NCBI RefSeq assembly: GCF_964204645.1
Contig: NC_134036.1
Location: 5,734,600-5,798,599 of the forward strand
Origin: Tubulanus polymorphus
Taxonomy: Eukaryota; Animalia; Nemertea
Direction of reading: 5' to 3'
Length of the DNA: 64,000 bases
Part shown: piece by piece, positions 12,701-25,900 of the stretch
Position numbering within the stretch: position 1 is the stretch's first letter
Layout of the letters: every line of letters begins with the position of its first letter
Position numbers and translations under genes: made by a program
The notes under the pieces: generated by a model
Seen by the model: the letters and a program-made list of their open reading frames with translations, nothing else
The model's database searches: none
What the model was told of the DNA's origin: nothing

Positions 12701-13384
12701 AGTTCCAAGAGGCAAACGACATCGGCGCCGAGGTCGTCCGGCGCACACGACTCCACGCTACCGTCGCCATAAGACGCGATCGACTTCGCGAAAGCGGAGT
12801 GCTCCGATTTTAACGGTTCCTCTTCGCAGCACGGGATGAAGAAGCCGCCGTCGCTAGCGTCTGGAGTCCCGGTCAAGGAAAATCTGGCGGCGCCCACGTC
12901 CGAGTCGGTCGGGTAGAATTTTAGTTTCTTGCTCCAAGGCTGCCCGTCGTCAAAGACAAACGTGCCTGTCGTGCCGTTGACGACGATTTTGTGTTCCTTG
13001 ACTGGATAATCCCAAATCATCGTCGACGTTGTTTTCAGGCCGGCGCCGTCGCCGAACTCCATACGAATATCGACCTCTTGCGAGAGACCCTTCGTCGCTT
13101 GGCCGATCGCTCTGAGTCGCCGGGGCATACGACCACCGGCTACGGCCAGTATGACCGCGATGTCGTGTGGTCCTAGACACCAGTGAACGTGACTGGTCGC
13201 GTACGATCGGCCGCGATGCCGTCGAGTTCGTACGGTCGTCACGTCGCCGATCGCGCCGCTCGAGATCGACCGCAACATCGTCCGTACGGCGTTGTGGTGT
13301 ACCATCTGATGCCCGGTCGTTAAGAGCAGACGGCATGCGTCGGCTAGACGCACCAGTCTCCTCGCTTGCGCGTACGACTGGGTC

Positions 13385-13416
<32 letters not shown>

Positions 13417-13662
13417 TCGTAACGCCTGTTCGGCCAGGTCGTAATGGCTGGGCTCGGGCGTGGAGATGACCACAGCGTCGACGGATTCGTGGTCGAGCAT
13501 CTCGTCCAAGCTGTAAACGGCGACGCCCGGGTATGTCCGGCGAAATGAAGCGACGGCCGCGGGATCCGCGTCGCATACGCCGGCCAGCGAGCCGCGCTCG
13601 ATCAAAACCCGCACGTGGTTCTTACCCCAGTAGCCGCAACCTATCACTCCTATTCTCAACAT
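9708..13662 (-). CDS. Trifunctional fusion, copy 3 (dehydrogenase-acetyltransferase-aminotransferase), 1069 aa
   Basis: Exons 13662-11232, 10920-10696, 10261-9708, with the same phases and splice sites as copy 2. The likely start is the ATG at 13662, because the ORF-track start at 13692 lies in the 5'UTR intron. EKP, PH and the PLP Lys are intact; the motif reads WCLGPHD rather than WDLGPHD. Confidence 0.93.
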
Positions 13663-14611
13663 TTCGCTTCTTTGCCTGAAATAATACGACAAAGAAATAT
13701 CGGTTTACAACGTCCGCGTATTATATTATTTATCTCCCTCGTAGAATTAAAACGGGCTCATTATCTGGTGGGTGGGATACGGCGTCGATGATGTTCTATT
13801 CGCAAGCAGTGCTGAGCGACGATCAAGAGTTCCAACGAATATAGTTGGCCACTGACTGTGTTCGGGCCACGCTTCGAACCGTGAATTCTTTCGCTGGTTT
13901 TACTATTTCGACATTTACTTACTTACCCCAGAACTATAGACGAAAGGAATCTCCGTGTACGATGCGCGTATTAGTGATTATTCATTCGATCCACACATGT
14001 GGCAGGGTATACATTCGTTATAATTTTTTTAAACCCCTACGTCGTTTATCATTATTATTAGGTCGAGCAGATCGGATACGAATTTATCAGCGTTTTTAAT
14101 GGTATAAACATTTTCCCGGCGACATACCGAAGTCCGTTCGATCTACGAGCAATTATCTCAATTGGTTCGACTAGGTTAATCGTTCGGATAATAGATGAAT
14201 ATGATCGTTTTATTTAAAGATGTCGAAATTCAAAATTTCGGGATCAAAAGTTCAAAAGTTCATACGATTTAATTGTTTATATTTAACAGATACGCGTGAC
14301 TGATCTGCGGCTGAAGTCTGACCTCAGAAAGTTCATTCAGTTTAGTGCCAGAAAACTAGAACAGAACCGAACGAAAATGAAAAAATGGTCGTTGATGATA
14401 TCCGATAGTCGCGTTCAGCCTTTCAATACGCGTGCATTTACAGAAACGCGCGCGCTCCGTCTTATGCACATCTGGGTACGATTAAAATTTAAAAAATACG
14501 TTCGGCGTCGCTGTTAAAAGGTGATTTAACCGAAAATCCCCGATCGGACCGGTGATAAAAAGTGGAGTGATTAAGCGAATTGAATAGATTGTTGTGAGAC
14601 AATCGATATTC

Positions 14612-14781
<170 letters not shown>

Positions 14782-15446
14782 TCGATGAAATATAATCGAC
14801 GCATTGTGGGTGCTCGAAGAGCGGTGGTTGGTATGAGTCACGCCGGGTTGTTTAGTAGTAATTCGTCGACACCGTCGTTCAAACCTTAACTTCAGAACAA
14901 ATAAACGTGCCACAGAAATAGCTCGAATGAACCCGGTCTGAAGTGGCAGGGTTTCGCGCCGTGGCTGAGTAAAGCGATGCCATCAGGTTCGAATCCCTGC
15001 CGAGGGAGCATGTAAAATCGAAGCATCTTTCAAAATAGACTGGCCGTTCGCGCATGCGCGGGGTTGGTTGTAATTTACACGATGACATGATTGAAGATGG
15101 ATTATAGATTATCACGTGGGTTCAAGCGAACGCTTTAAAGCCCTTAGCTACGATTGGAACTATCCCAGCCGGACCATTTCGATCCAATTCAGTATCTATT
15201 TTTGAATTGCTTACTATCAGTTTCGTCGACTAACGATAATTTCAATGTAGGAAATGTATCCACACGTCGCAACATGCCATTTGGCATCAATTCATGCATT
15301 TAACTCTATGGTAGAAAAAAAAACGATAAAGCCGAAAACCCGTTATTTCAGTGTTGAGAATATTCTAAAGTGGATATATGTCAAACGTGTAACTGGAATC
15401 ATTGAAGCGGAGGTTTTGATCTTTTGCTTGTGAATAGTCCTAGTCA

Positions 15447-15530
15447 AGAGGCGCAGTGGCCAAGTGGTTTAAGCCCCCAGTCACTGTTGTCGTCGACCCA
15501 GGGTTTACGGGTTCAAACCCTAGTAGCGAC
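15447..15530 (+). mobile_element. tRNA-derived SINE head (degenerate)
   Basis: A-box-like TGGCCAAGTGG and B-box GGTTCAAACCC. No intact cloverleaf. Confidence 0.5.
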
Positions 15531-15921
15531 AGAGCTTCTTGGTCGAAGATTCTTCTCTGGTCTCTCCCCCATTGGGAAAAAAGAAACATCGAACCTACTG
15601 ATAATGGTGCGCGGCGTTCAGTGGGTGGAGGGAATCTAAAATTAAAGTCGAAGTCAAGAGTCGCTGCTCGTCGCCGTGAATGGAACGGGGCATTCTATTG
15701 ATCAGTTCGAAAATCGTCGCCGAAGAATCATCAACATTTAACAACCCGATCGCTGATTTATTTACTCGCAGTTTTATTGAATCGACGACTGAGTAACAAT
15801 TATAAATTCAATTCGAGCTTTTTCATAATATGTCAGTAACCTGACAGTGATTCAGTTTCATAATCGGATATTTCCCAAACCACCACAAGTATATCCCATT
15901 ATGAACATATATGACCAACGA

Positions 15922-16743
15922 TTAGGAACAGAAATGCTTATGACAGTTTTTGCTGCAACAATGACTATCAGAGCCACAAAAAATGCCCTTGGGATAGCAA
16001 AGTCCTATATGAAGAAAAAGAACATGAAATTAAAAACTTGATCAGTAAATTTTGTTCTTTAATCTAATTGTGAATATAATGGGACCCCTGCGCCAAGTTG
16101 TGAGACCGGCGATGCTCCAGACGATGAGGATGATCGATACCCCCCATTCACGTCGGTCATTCCGATAGAAATATACGCCGGAAACACGGATGTATAAGAA
16201 CAATAATTAGCACGCAATATTTTTGGTCAGAATAGAAGTATCTAAAATCATCTTTGAAATGCTATTAATTAAATGCTATTCATTAATTCCATCACTCGAA
16301 TAACTAGATAATTTATTACTATTGTTATGATCTTTATTGCTCGGTTTTAAATTGGGAGTTAACTACTTGGAGTTGATAAAGCTCATTTAGTTTCATCAGA
16401 AAAGTAGACAAATTACGCAGCTAGGACATGCCTTTTGAACTAACTAGCTGCGAGAGTTTTAAAGATTTGGGTCTTCATAAACATATTTAGCATCTACCAC
16501 AGAACCGCAACAGGCATTTTCATGAACTATCAGATCTAATCTATCGATTGATGTATGTTGCCAAACATTAACAAAAAATGCCGTTATATTTTTTTCTATA
16601 GGTCATTTACACGATTGGCAGGCCGACTATACAGTTAGACAGGTTTATCGTTGTCATTACCGTTACTTACCTTCTGCAAATGACGCGGCACTAGCCACAA
16701 TCACAACAACAGCACAAACGCGAGTCACTAAATAAGGCAGCAT
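15922..16743 (-). CDS. Secreted inhibitor-cystine-knot (ICK) toxin-like peptide 1, 51 aa: MLPYLVTRVCAVVVIVASAASFAE-GLCYPKGIFCGSDSHCCSKNCHKHFCS
   Basis: Exon 16743-16671 encodes the signal peptide (donor G|GTAAGT). Exon 16004-15922 has acceptor CATATAG, phase 1. Cys framework C-x6-C-x5-CC-x3-C-x4-C. AATAAA at 15778-15773 is conserved with the paralogue at 38.8 kb. Confidence 0.85.
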
Positions 16744-18397
16744 TTTCACTATCTTAAATTGGAATTGAATATATCAGCATGAATGTTACGAATATTAGCA
16801 ATTTGGTAAATTCCAAATTATGATTATTCGACAGTTTCAATAGGCTCTCAATGAATAAACCATTTTTCAGATAATGTACCAGGTTCGAAAATATACCACC
16901 TTCAGAAAAAAAAAAACAACCGCCGATAGACGTAGTTTCAAGCGACGAAAGCGACGTTTCTGCTGGTTAATTGAAATTAGTTACGCAAATAAATTTTGGT
17001 TATCAATTGTATGCAGCTTAAATAAAAATCTCCAACGGTTAAAATTTAGAAATATATAGAAAATATTGCCATGCTAGACGGTACCAACGATCAGTGACAC
17101 GTCGTCGAACGCCTGGCCATTACATGAATTCCAGCAGAAAAAATATCTAGTCACGTTTTGCAGCTTGGATTTCGGTGACTGAAATAACTGCTGTATGTGT
17201 TGAACATACCATACGGTGTAAATTTGAAATTAACAAAAACAATCCGATAACTTAAACGTGGCTGGAACCTCCGTTGCTCGATTTGAAAAAGAGATTTTTC
17301 ACGTTTTTCTTGTAATATGTTTGCATACAATACTTATAGGGATCATAGTCAAAAACTCAAAAAAATAATAGTGCAACACGTAGAATGAGGCGAATATTTT
17401 CAAATAAGTCATAGAATCAATTGGAAGGGAAATTCCCACTTGTTTACACCCTACTTTAACCTAAGCCTAAACACTAGCGAAATTGTAATGGCAAATTAGG
17501 ATTCCCTCTGTTTAAAACAAGCGTTCACTGAAATATCACTTGATATGATGAAATCCATTACATGATATTTTTTAATTCTATGGACTACGTATACTAACGT
17601 GTATTTTTGTTTTCGTGCGACACTCATCTTAATGGACATTTCGCCTAATTGTTTGAACAAATAACTCAAACTAGTCTCAATACGACCAGTGAAACTATGC
17701 AGTTTAGATAAATCATTTTTGCATTCATTTTACACCATACTGAAGCATTGCCTTAAAGTCTTCAGTTTTTGTGTTAAAATGGGAAAAGATAAGCAATTTT
17801 TTGGTGAAATTATAACACTGTGTGTCCCGTGTTTCTCGTGCCTACCAAGCACGACTTTTATGATTTGTAAATAATTTCAAATAATATGCGTGGAAATACC
17901 TTCTTGAAATTGATTTAGTTCATGAGACGGAGTCTTTTTTCCCTAATTAAAATGAGTTAGCAAACCTTTATATCAGTATGGAATGGATATAAAAACGACG
18001 ATTTTACGATGGATTTCACGCAATAATGGATGTTTCAACAATCGACGTTCGAAATAAATGATTTGGATCTGAATGAAATCGTCACTGAGCTTACCTCGAT
18101 TGCTTTTGGCGACGTTTTTTTTCGACTTTCGAAACGAAAATATCTCGTCTTCTCGAACCGGTAACTGTCGACGAATGGATAAGACACGTTTTATTTCATA
18201 CGTTTCATAAATAGATTGGAATGATTGCACAGCTTGATATTGATCGCAGTTTATGTCGATGTTTTGTTAAACAGAATCGATACGCGACCATCCTATACTC
18301 ATCACGGGGCGCGATTTTTAACTGATTTTGCCGCTTAGGCCAACACCAGCAGATATTAGTTGTCGAATAAACACTATACTCCGTGTAAACTGTAGAT

Positions 18398-18601
18398 AAA
18401 TGAAGAAATCCCACACTTCGAATTTAAAATTATACGATTAAATCTATTCTTACGAAACCACAACGTTTCGGCTGTTGACTAACAGCCATCATCAGGTGGA
18501 ATCATGATGATGGCTGTTAGTCAACAGCCGAAACGTTGTGGTTTCGTAAGAATAAATTTAATCGTATAATTTTAAATTCGAAGTGTGGGATTTCTTCATT
18601 T
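18398..18601. mobile_element. Palindromic (fold-back) Penelope-like remnant carrying a hammerhead ribozyme
   Basis: Near-perfect inverted arms of ~95 bp around a short spacer. The arms contain TGATGATGGCTGTTAGTCAACAGCCGAAACGTT. Confidence 0.7.
18458..18499 (-). ncRNA. Minimal type-I hammerhead ribozyme
   Basis: CCAC-CUGAUGA-U-GGCUGUU[AGUC]AACAGCC-GAAA-CGUU-GUGG. Stem I is CCAC/GUGG, stem II is 7 bp, stem III is the palindromic ACGU, and the cleavage triplet is GUU. Confidence 0.7.
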
Positions 18602-19385
18602 ACCGGCATATATACTGATCTAAGTCTGAAATCGCTCGACCCAGTGGGAATATTTCTTTTTGACTTTTGAACAAGTCCCCCAATTCGGTTTTGATTCGAC
18701 TGGTGCATCCGTACAATTTAAGTAGGACTATCGTTTTATATCCATTTTGCAATGAATTGAAGGGTTGCTAAAAACGACTTCGTTAACTCATTACTGTCTG
18801 TCACACATGCTCTTCGTGCGACGTTTTGGTCCGTAATTTCGTTAACAATCGGTTGATCTGTAAATACTATGCATCAATTTGTTCAGTAAGGAATTTGCAT
18901 TCAGAAATAAATCATGAACTGGCATAAATTTGTTTGTGTTTTCATCTATCAGCGATAGTTTACCTAGCATACGCTCGCGTAATGCTGAAAAACGGCTTTT
19001 ATGGCCCGTCACGTGGCGCCACCTACTGTATTTTGATATGCTAATGAGTAGGTGATGACGTCACTGTAACGTTTCCGGGCTCGAAACGAACGAAATTCGT
19101 GACGTCATTCGAATTGCCCAACAGCGGGGTTGCTAAGAACACTTTAGAGAACTTATACTATTTTCTTGCGAAATAAACGACGTTTTCTTTTTTACTGCGT
19201 AAAACGGACAGCGACATGGACAAAAAGAAGAACCTTCGGTTACATCGGGGGATTGTTATGAACTTGCCCGCATGTCGGAGGCCGACTGGAAACACGGTCG
19301 CTGATGCGACCGCGGAACGAAAGGCGCCTGGTGGTAAGCGTAGCCGACAAGTTTACACCAAACCAGGGTCCGCTTCCACATTTCT

Positions 19386-19517
19386 GGGGCCAGTTGCTCA
19401 AAGGTTGGTTTGAATTAACCAGTGGATAGTGTTGATATAGTGACAACTAAAAGTTCATTGTTACTATGGTATCTATCCACTGGTTATATTCAACCAACTT
19501 TTGAGCAACTGACCCCT
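19386..19517. mobile_element. MITE (~130 bp palindromic element)
   Basis: Inverted termini GGGGCCCAGTTGCTCAAAGGTTGG...CCAACTTTTGAGCAACTGACCCC. Related CAGTTGC-terminal elements occur at ~25970-26112 and ~27447-27598. Confidence 0.7.
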
Positions 19518-22500
19518 GAGTTAAGATTTTGATTTGAGTTAACTCATTGGAAATGTAGTAACTTAAACTCGGAGTTAACTCTAACTCACAACAGCGTTGA
19601 ACTGGATATACAACAGTTTCGATGTCTCCTAGTTTGTGTTCACCTTTGCCCGTATCGTCGGGATACCGTTTTTCGACACACATTTTACCCTAATCCCATT
19701 ACCCACATATCTATTATCAGCTATTTCCGAGCAGGGCCTAAATATACATATACACCATAATACTCGGGCACTGGAATATGCTCCCATATCATTTAAATGC
19801 AGGAGAAGTGACAAACACTGAATCTATCATCGACCAGGCGCGTTCAGAATATTGTTTCGTGTTGTTTTTCCAACCATAACCTATCATTACAATCATTACC
19901 TATCGAACCGAACGTTTCGCATTAAACCATCTGTTGCAATTAGGATTCGAGTTACTGAAATTTGCGCACGAAAAAATCATCATCATGAATGGGAAAGCGA
20001 ATATTAAGCATTTCGTCTCATCGTATTAGTTAGTTGAAGGGGCAGCTGACTTAACGACCAGCGATGACGATAGATCGAAACGGAAGCTCCGTATTGAACC
20101 ATCTGCTGCGGTTACGATTCGTATTACGAAAATTCGCGCCGGAAAAATCATTATCGTGGATAGAAAAGCAAATACCGTAAATTCTGAAATACTGTTCTAT
20201 GCGCTTCTACTATTCAAACCCACGCGCTACAAGCTGCAGCACTGCGGGATCGGATGCAAGGGGTTCGGGTTCCTCGTGTTAGTACCGACCCCTTTTGGTG
20301 CCCTTTTCCAAAATTGCCGCGGTAAGCAATAGCGAGCGGAAACTATAGGGGTAGCAATCCACTCGCTACCTGATTAAGCCTTTTCTGTATCCGCCCGTTG
20401 TTTTGTTTTGCCACTGAGTTTGAGTTTTTTAATCACTTTATTAAAGGGTCTTAGTCAATCAGTAACTAATCATAGTTGATTATCATGTCAAATAAAATAG
20501 TTACCCTACAAAAAAAAATTGTCTCGCGGAGTTAGATAATGAATCCAATATAATGTTCGGTGGGGTGTGGGATAATGTATTGAGACAGGGACTGGAAATT
20601 ACAAATCAAAAGTTCAAGGTGAATAACTTGACAACCGACGTAAGAATGTGTGCTCGTCACGCCATCTGGCGGAAATTCTATTTTCCATTTAGTTACAAAG
20701 GAGTTCAAAGCCCCCCCGTTGAAATTAATAGGCCTATAGATAAAGCGATTATCAACGAATTTAACATCGCAACAAAAAGTCGCACGGAGAGCATGTGTAA
20801 CAGAGATTGACGAGAAAAAAACTGCCAGCCTACCTTAGACCATATTTCTAATTTCTATAACCGGACATCGTTCCGAGGAGGTCGCTAATTACTGCTTAGC
20901 TAACGTTCGGGTGCACCTCAGATCTCCATCTGCGCCTACATAGTTGCGCCTATAATATCTCACCAGAACAAAAAAATTGATAATCCAGCAAACGCATCGT
21001 ACGGACTACGGCTGAAGCCGCGCCAGTTCAATAAGATGCGATTTGATTGTTCGTTCCGCGAAGAGTATTCACTTGTTCGTCGAACGACCTGCACGCATAT
21101 ATACTGAACCGATACCGTACAGGTATATGTACAGGTACACTGCAAGTGGCATCATGGTTATAATGTTTAATGGTAGCCCTTTAGTTTAGGCCCACATTGC
21201 AAAACTCAGCCCTAAAGTTATCGCAGTGGTTGGGAAACACGCTCTGGCGATTTCGCATCCGCGTTCCTTTAAGGAGTTATATTGATTTGAAGAATGTTTG
21301 TTGTTTGCTTTTCACAGCGCCCCTTTAAGGGCAGTTTCGAATCCCGATGTTTCAGCACGCGCGCCGAATTCCGGCGTGAATTCTAACTAACTTTCAGTCA
21401 ATCGTTCATTGATACGACATTTTTTTCGAGTGCCGACACGAGTTTATTCGATTAGAAAAAAAACTGAATTACGATGATTTATTATGTACGGTAACGTGAG
21501 GTCCTATCCACAGTGCGCGATAGTGTCTCCACATTTCCTCGAAACAGCTCAGCTGAGCGCGCATGTTTTGTCGTCCTTTACGCATTTAGCGCCACGAGAG
21601 GCCGAGTTAACAATTCTTCAACCAGATATTCGGATATGTATATATGGACAGCAGGATTACAATTTCTTAAGAACGGGAAACTGCTGAACTCTGACGCTGG
21701 CCTATATAATAGACCGTACCGTGAGTATAGAATATCGAGCCAGCTAAAAGTAAAAATCAATATTTGTACTACGCTATCGCGAAGAAATTGACCGCAATGT
21801 ATTAAGATACTCGCATTTTCGACAGCAACAAGACAGCAACTTTCAAAGCGACGAACACTTAAACTGAGGCACTACGGAACCTGAGGGGGTGTCTGCTGGG
21901 TGATATATACATTTTCTATCGGTATGCAGCTAGTTGACAACCGGGTCCAACGCATCGGTACCAGCCCTTCGATGAAGAGTGTGTGTCACTGTGTGTAGGC
22001 CTACGGCTGTTGACACTCTTTACACATAAGGGCTACCTTTCGGGCTACTTTGTCATGTAGGCCTATGGCAGGTGAGGGGTTCATAAAAAATGTAATGTTA
22101 AACTGCCGACTAAAATCTCTAATGATAGGAGCCTATACGGCATATCGTTTCTGGCCAACCACGATAATTTGTTTGGTAGTTGAGCATGGGGAGGGGGTCA
22201 TGACCCCTGACACCCCCTTCTGGATCCGCGCCTGGTCTAGGCCTACTAGGTTCACTCAAGGCAGTCCACATTTTCGTGAGCTAATTCCCTATATCCGGCC
22301 AATCCTGATAGGGTACGCGCAATTATTTCACACATGGTCATAATCATTTGTAGGCCGAATAGTTTTGCTTCCTGATGTCATGCGATAGCGTATAGTGGAC
22401 ACTGGATTTATCGTGTTAAGTCTTCGAAACGACAATCAAGTCAAGAAAATGAGAAAAAACGGAACCTGAGGCATCGAGAAAAAACGTCGTCAAAAGGAGA

Positions 22501-22658
22501 AAATGAGGTAGATTTTTATATTCGTGAGGATTCATGTACGACATTTCGAGGTCACTTATTTGTTGATTTAGACAGTAGGGCCGGGCGCTAAACATAAAAA
22601 ACGATGCGTCTCAACTCTTCTATGAAATTTGCAAAATAACTTTCTAAAACGAATATGT

Positions 22659-22945
22659 GGAGCGGTCAGCCGAGTGGTTAGAGCGTCCGACTCGGGGAAG
22701 CCAGGTCGTGGGTTCGAAACCCCGTACTTTAACGTAGTGCCTGCGGGCAAGACACTTATCCTCATCGCCTCTCTCCACCCCGTAGAAAACGGGTACCTGG
22801 CCTGATAGTTGACACCTGAGGCCGCTAGCCGCTCTATGTTACTTCTCCCTAGGGAGGGACGACTGATACATGTTGGAGTATTAAATGGCTGGGTTTATAA
22901 TACGGAAAAATGTTAAGCGCTCTGAGCAACTTCGCTGGACTTTAT
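22659..22945 (+). mobile_element. tRNA-derived SINE
   Basis: A box (AGCCGAGTGGTTAGAGCG), B box (GGTTCGAAACCC), body GGCAAGACACTT...CCTCTCTCCACCC...GGGTACC, and a tail AAGCGCTCTGAGC typical of LINE-mobilised SINEs. Confidence 0.7.
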
Positions 22946-25900
22946 GACTATATGGCGGCTAGCTTTTTAATTCAAGATGGACAGCTGACTGCTGTGTTAA
23001 TAGTTGAGGAGTTTTTGCCTTATGAAATAAATCGAAATATTGCGTTTTCGTGGAAATAAAACTATGCATTATAGTTAGTCCTCGGTCTCGAAATAAATCT
23101 TGCAATACCTGAATTTATGTCCTATCTATGCGTCAGTGCTGTAATCGTTGATTCGGGCCAAAGTCGCTCTGTACAGTTACAGAACTCGCGAGAAATATCA
23201 TTTTAAGTAGGGCATTTTCGGATTGATTTTCGACGCAAACATTTGAGAGAAGTTCGCTCCCTCCTCTCGGGCCCACTATGTTAAGAACCTTGTTTTTCGG
23301 TATGTCTCTCTTGTTTGTCCTGTCCACTTAATTGAAAACTGTCAATCCAATGGTGTACATGTTGAACATTAAGGATCAATAAAGTTATTTTGAATTTGGT
23401 ATGACGTAAAGGACGTACGTAAATGACTTAGAATTTGAAGAGACCGAAATTGACTAACGCTCATACAAACGGCACTCTATATTCTTGTGTCGGTATTTTG
23501 GAAAATAGAATTCTAAACGGCAAAAGTATAACCGATGATGAAAACGAAGGCCCCTGTCGAATATATAGCCCGACCTATCTCCAACCCGAACCTATCATCG
23601 CAGCCGAGTATTTTTCAGGGGCTTCGATAATGAAATTAGCAAAATCAGACGGACTCGTAATTCTATTTTCAGATGACGAGACACGAATTTCGAAGGATAG
23701 CTGGTGACCCGAAATCTATAAACGAGCGTTCGTTCGACTCTCCCGTGTCGTCTCGGGGTAAGTACATCTCATTAACAGATTTATTGTCGAGCGGGGACTT
23801 GGTTTTTGTCGGATTTCATACGCGCTCGATCGTATGGACAAAACTCTCGGGGTTCGATTAACCCTTTCTAAGGCGGGATCATTGTTTTTAGAAGTCGCTA
23901 AAACCACCAAAAGCCCTACCTGCATGTCGAAATATAAATTACGTAAAGGTTTTACGCAAACTGTCGTGGGTTGGGCGTTATTTTTGTTCACTCTTGTAAA
24001 GTGAGCTGATAAAAAATATATATATAATGTCTTGTGTTCGTAGTTCGTTTTCGATCAAACATGACGTGAAGGTGAAGCACTAAACACGAATGAAGTGTGG
24101 ATCAGTTTTCGAAAGCGTTCTGATAACATGTCTTAGGTCTGGTTTTCGTGCGTTAAAGCTCCGCGCATGGCTGCGCGCCCGGCCTAGTTAGGCGGGGGCT
24201 CGTGCTCGTACTGTAGCGATGCCATCATGTTCGAGGCCCTGATGGATGATCATTAAACCGCTGATTTTTTGACAAAGCGTGCGCACTAACCGTTATGATT
24301 TTTTTTTGCTCGTTTCTTCACTTGTTTTCTCGCGCGCAATCGTTCGCCGTTAGGGCGTTAATTACGAATGCTGCCCCGTGGTTTCAGAATCGAAACCCGA
24401 TTTCGATCTCGCGTTCGTCGACGCCAATCTATGAATTTTGCGTCGTAACAATGCATAAAATCGCTTTTTAAAGCATTAACCTTTTCAGGCCTTCTACACC
24501 GCAGTGCGGCGTAAGATCGGTCGTAGACCTTGCTGTCAATGTAATTAGTATTTTTTTTCTGATATCTGGTGAATGATGGCAGCACCTGTTAAACACCGTT
24601 AAGTATTTGCAGGTAACAATACACAGCACCGCCGTGTAGATGCAATATAACGGTATGACCGTTACTCAACGCACTGGGGTAGAATTTTCAGCAAAAAATT
24701 GTTTAAATCATCTCCAGCACTTAAGGATATTTATAAGTCATCGTTGAAAGGGTCATTAAGCAGTTTCCATTCGAATCGTGTGTTTTTTTTCAAACGGGGA
24801 CAATCATTGCGTTTCTTTGAGAACCGGATTCGTCTAGACGTCAAACAGAAACCGGTATTCATTCGGTACAAATCGAAGATCACGAGTGCTCTTTTCTATT
24901 TCTAAACCGACGGTCGAAGCAAAACAAACCTGAACATACTAATATTATCATAACGCAAAACGAGAATATAGTTGATTTGTGCACGTTTATTAGAGTCAAA
25001 CACCATTATAAGAAAATAACTTTTTATAAATAATTTTTTTAAATAATTTTTTATGTCTTAGGCCACGTTCCCCGTGACTTCGACGTCAATGACGAAAACT
25101 AACCGAAATATATCGTTTAAATCTCTTGTACTGCATTGGCCACTGTATTTGAAACTTTATACGTATATCATGTTCCACGCAAAACTATATAGTGAGAAAA
25201 AAGCGGATGCTTGAAATAGTGCAACAACAATAAAGATACTGCTTATTTTCAAATATTATTTCAAAGCGATTCTAAAGAATTATGTACCGCCAGACGACCT
25301 ATATACCCATGAAGGTTTTATCTTTAGAAAAACTATCACGGAATCCCGTTGAATTGGTAACAATGTCCTAAAATTACTTCTCGTTTTCTGATATCATGGC
25401 CGTTGACTTGCGTCATTTAACTTAAAATCGTTGCCGGGTCAACAATGTTATCGGAGGTGTTGATGATAACTTAAGGGCTTGCCGATAGAATTCGTGCGGA
25501 AATTCGTTTCGAAATAAAATCGTTACTGGTGACTTCTAACGATACACAGACAAAAAAAAACATTGTAGAATAAGAATACGACTCTAGAGTAAAGATTGAT
25601 TCGTGACGCGCGCTCGAGTATGCAATAAAACATAATATCGTGGTTTTACACTACATCATAAATCGGGTGTCGTTTTATTAAAAGTTTAAGTGAACCTCGG
25701 TACTTGGGCGTTTTTTTCTCAACGATAAATCTTCCATTAATTCGACGGGTTTTTCATAAGCGTGATACGAAACAACGACGGGTTATGAAACATCGTCGAG
25801 TATCGCATTGTACAAAATATCGAAAGCCGGGCAAATATCATCGCAACGCAACGGCCAAAACGCCTCCTAGCGGTTCTTCAACGTCGCCTCATAACCCTAG

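Noticed and set aside
1-13662. Bacterial contaminant or symbiont contig
   Set aside because: The genes need spliceosomal splicing, have AT-rich introns and a flanking microsatellite, and are contiguous with animal-type genes. High exon GC is not diagnostic because the host exons are also GC-rich.
18735-19413. Plus-strand first exon (MDKKKNLRL...) with a donor at ~19333
   Set aside because: No downstream exons found; the surrounding sequence looks like a DNA-transposon end fragment.
22659-22735. Functional tRNA gene (also 15447-15530)
   Set aside because: A/B boxes are present but acceptor and anticodon stems do not pair; the 22659 copy continues into a SINE body.
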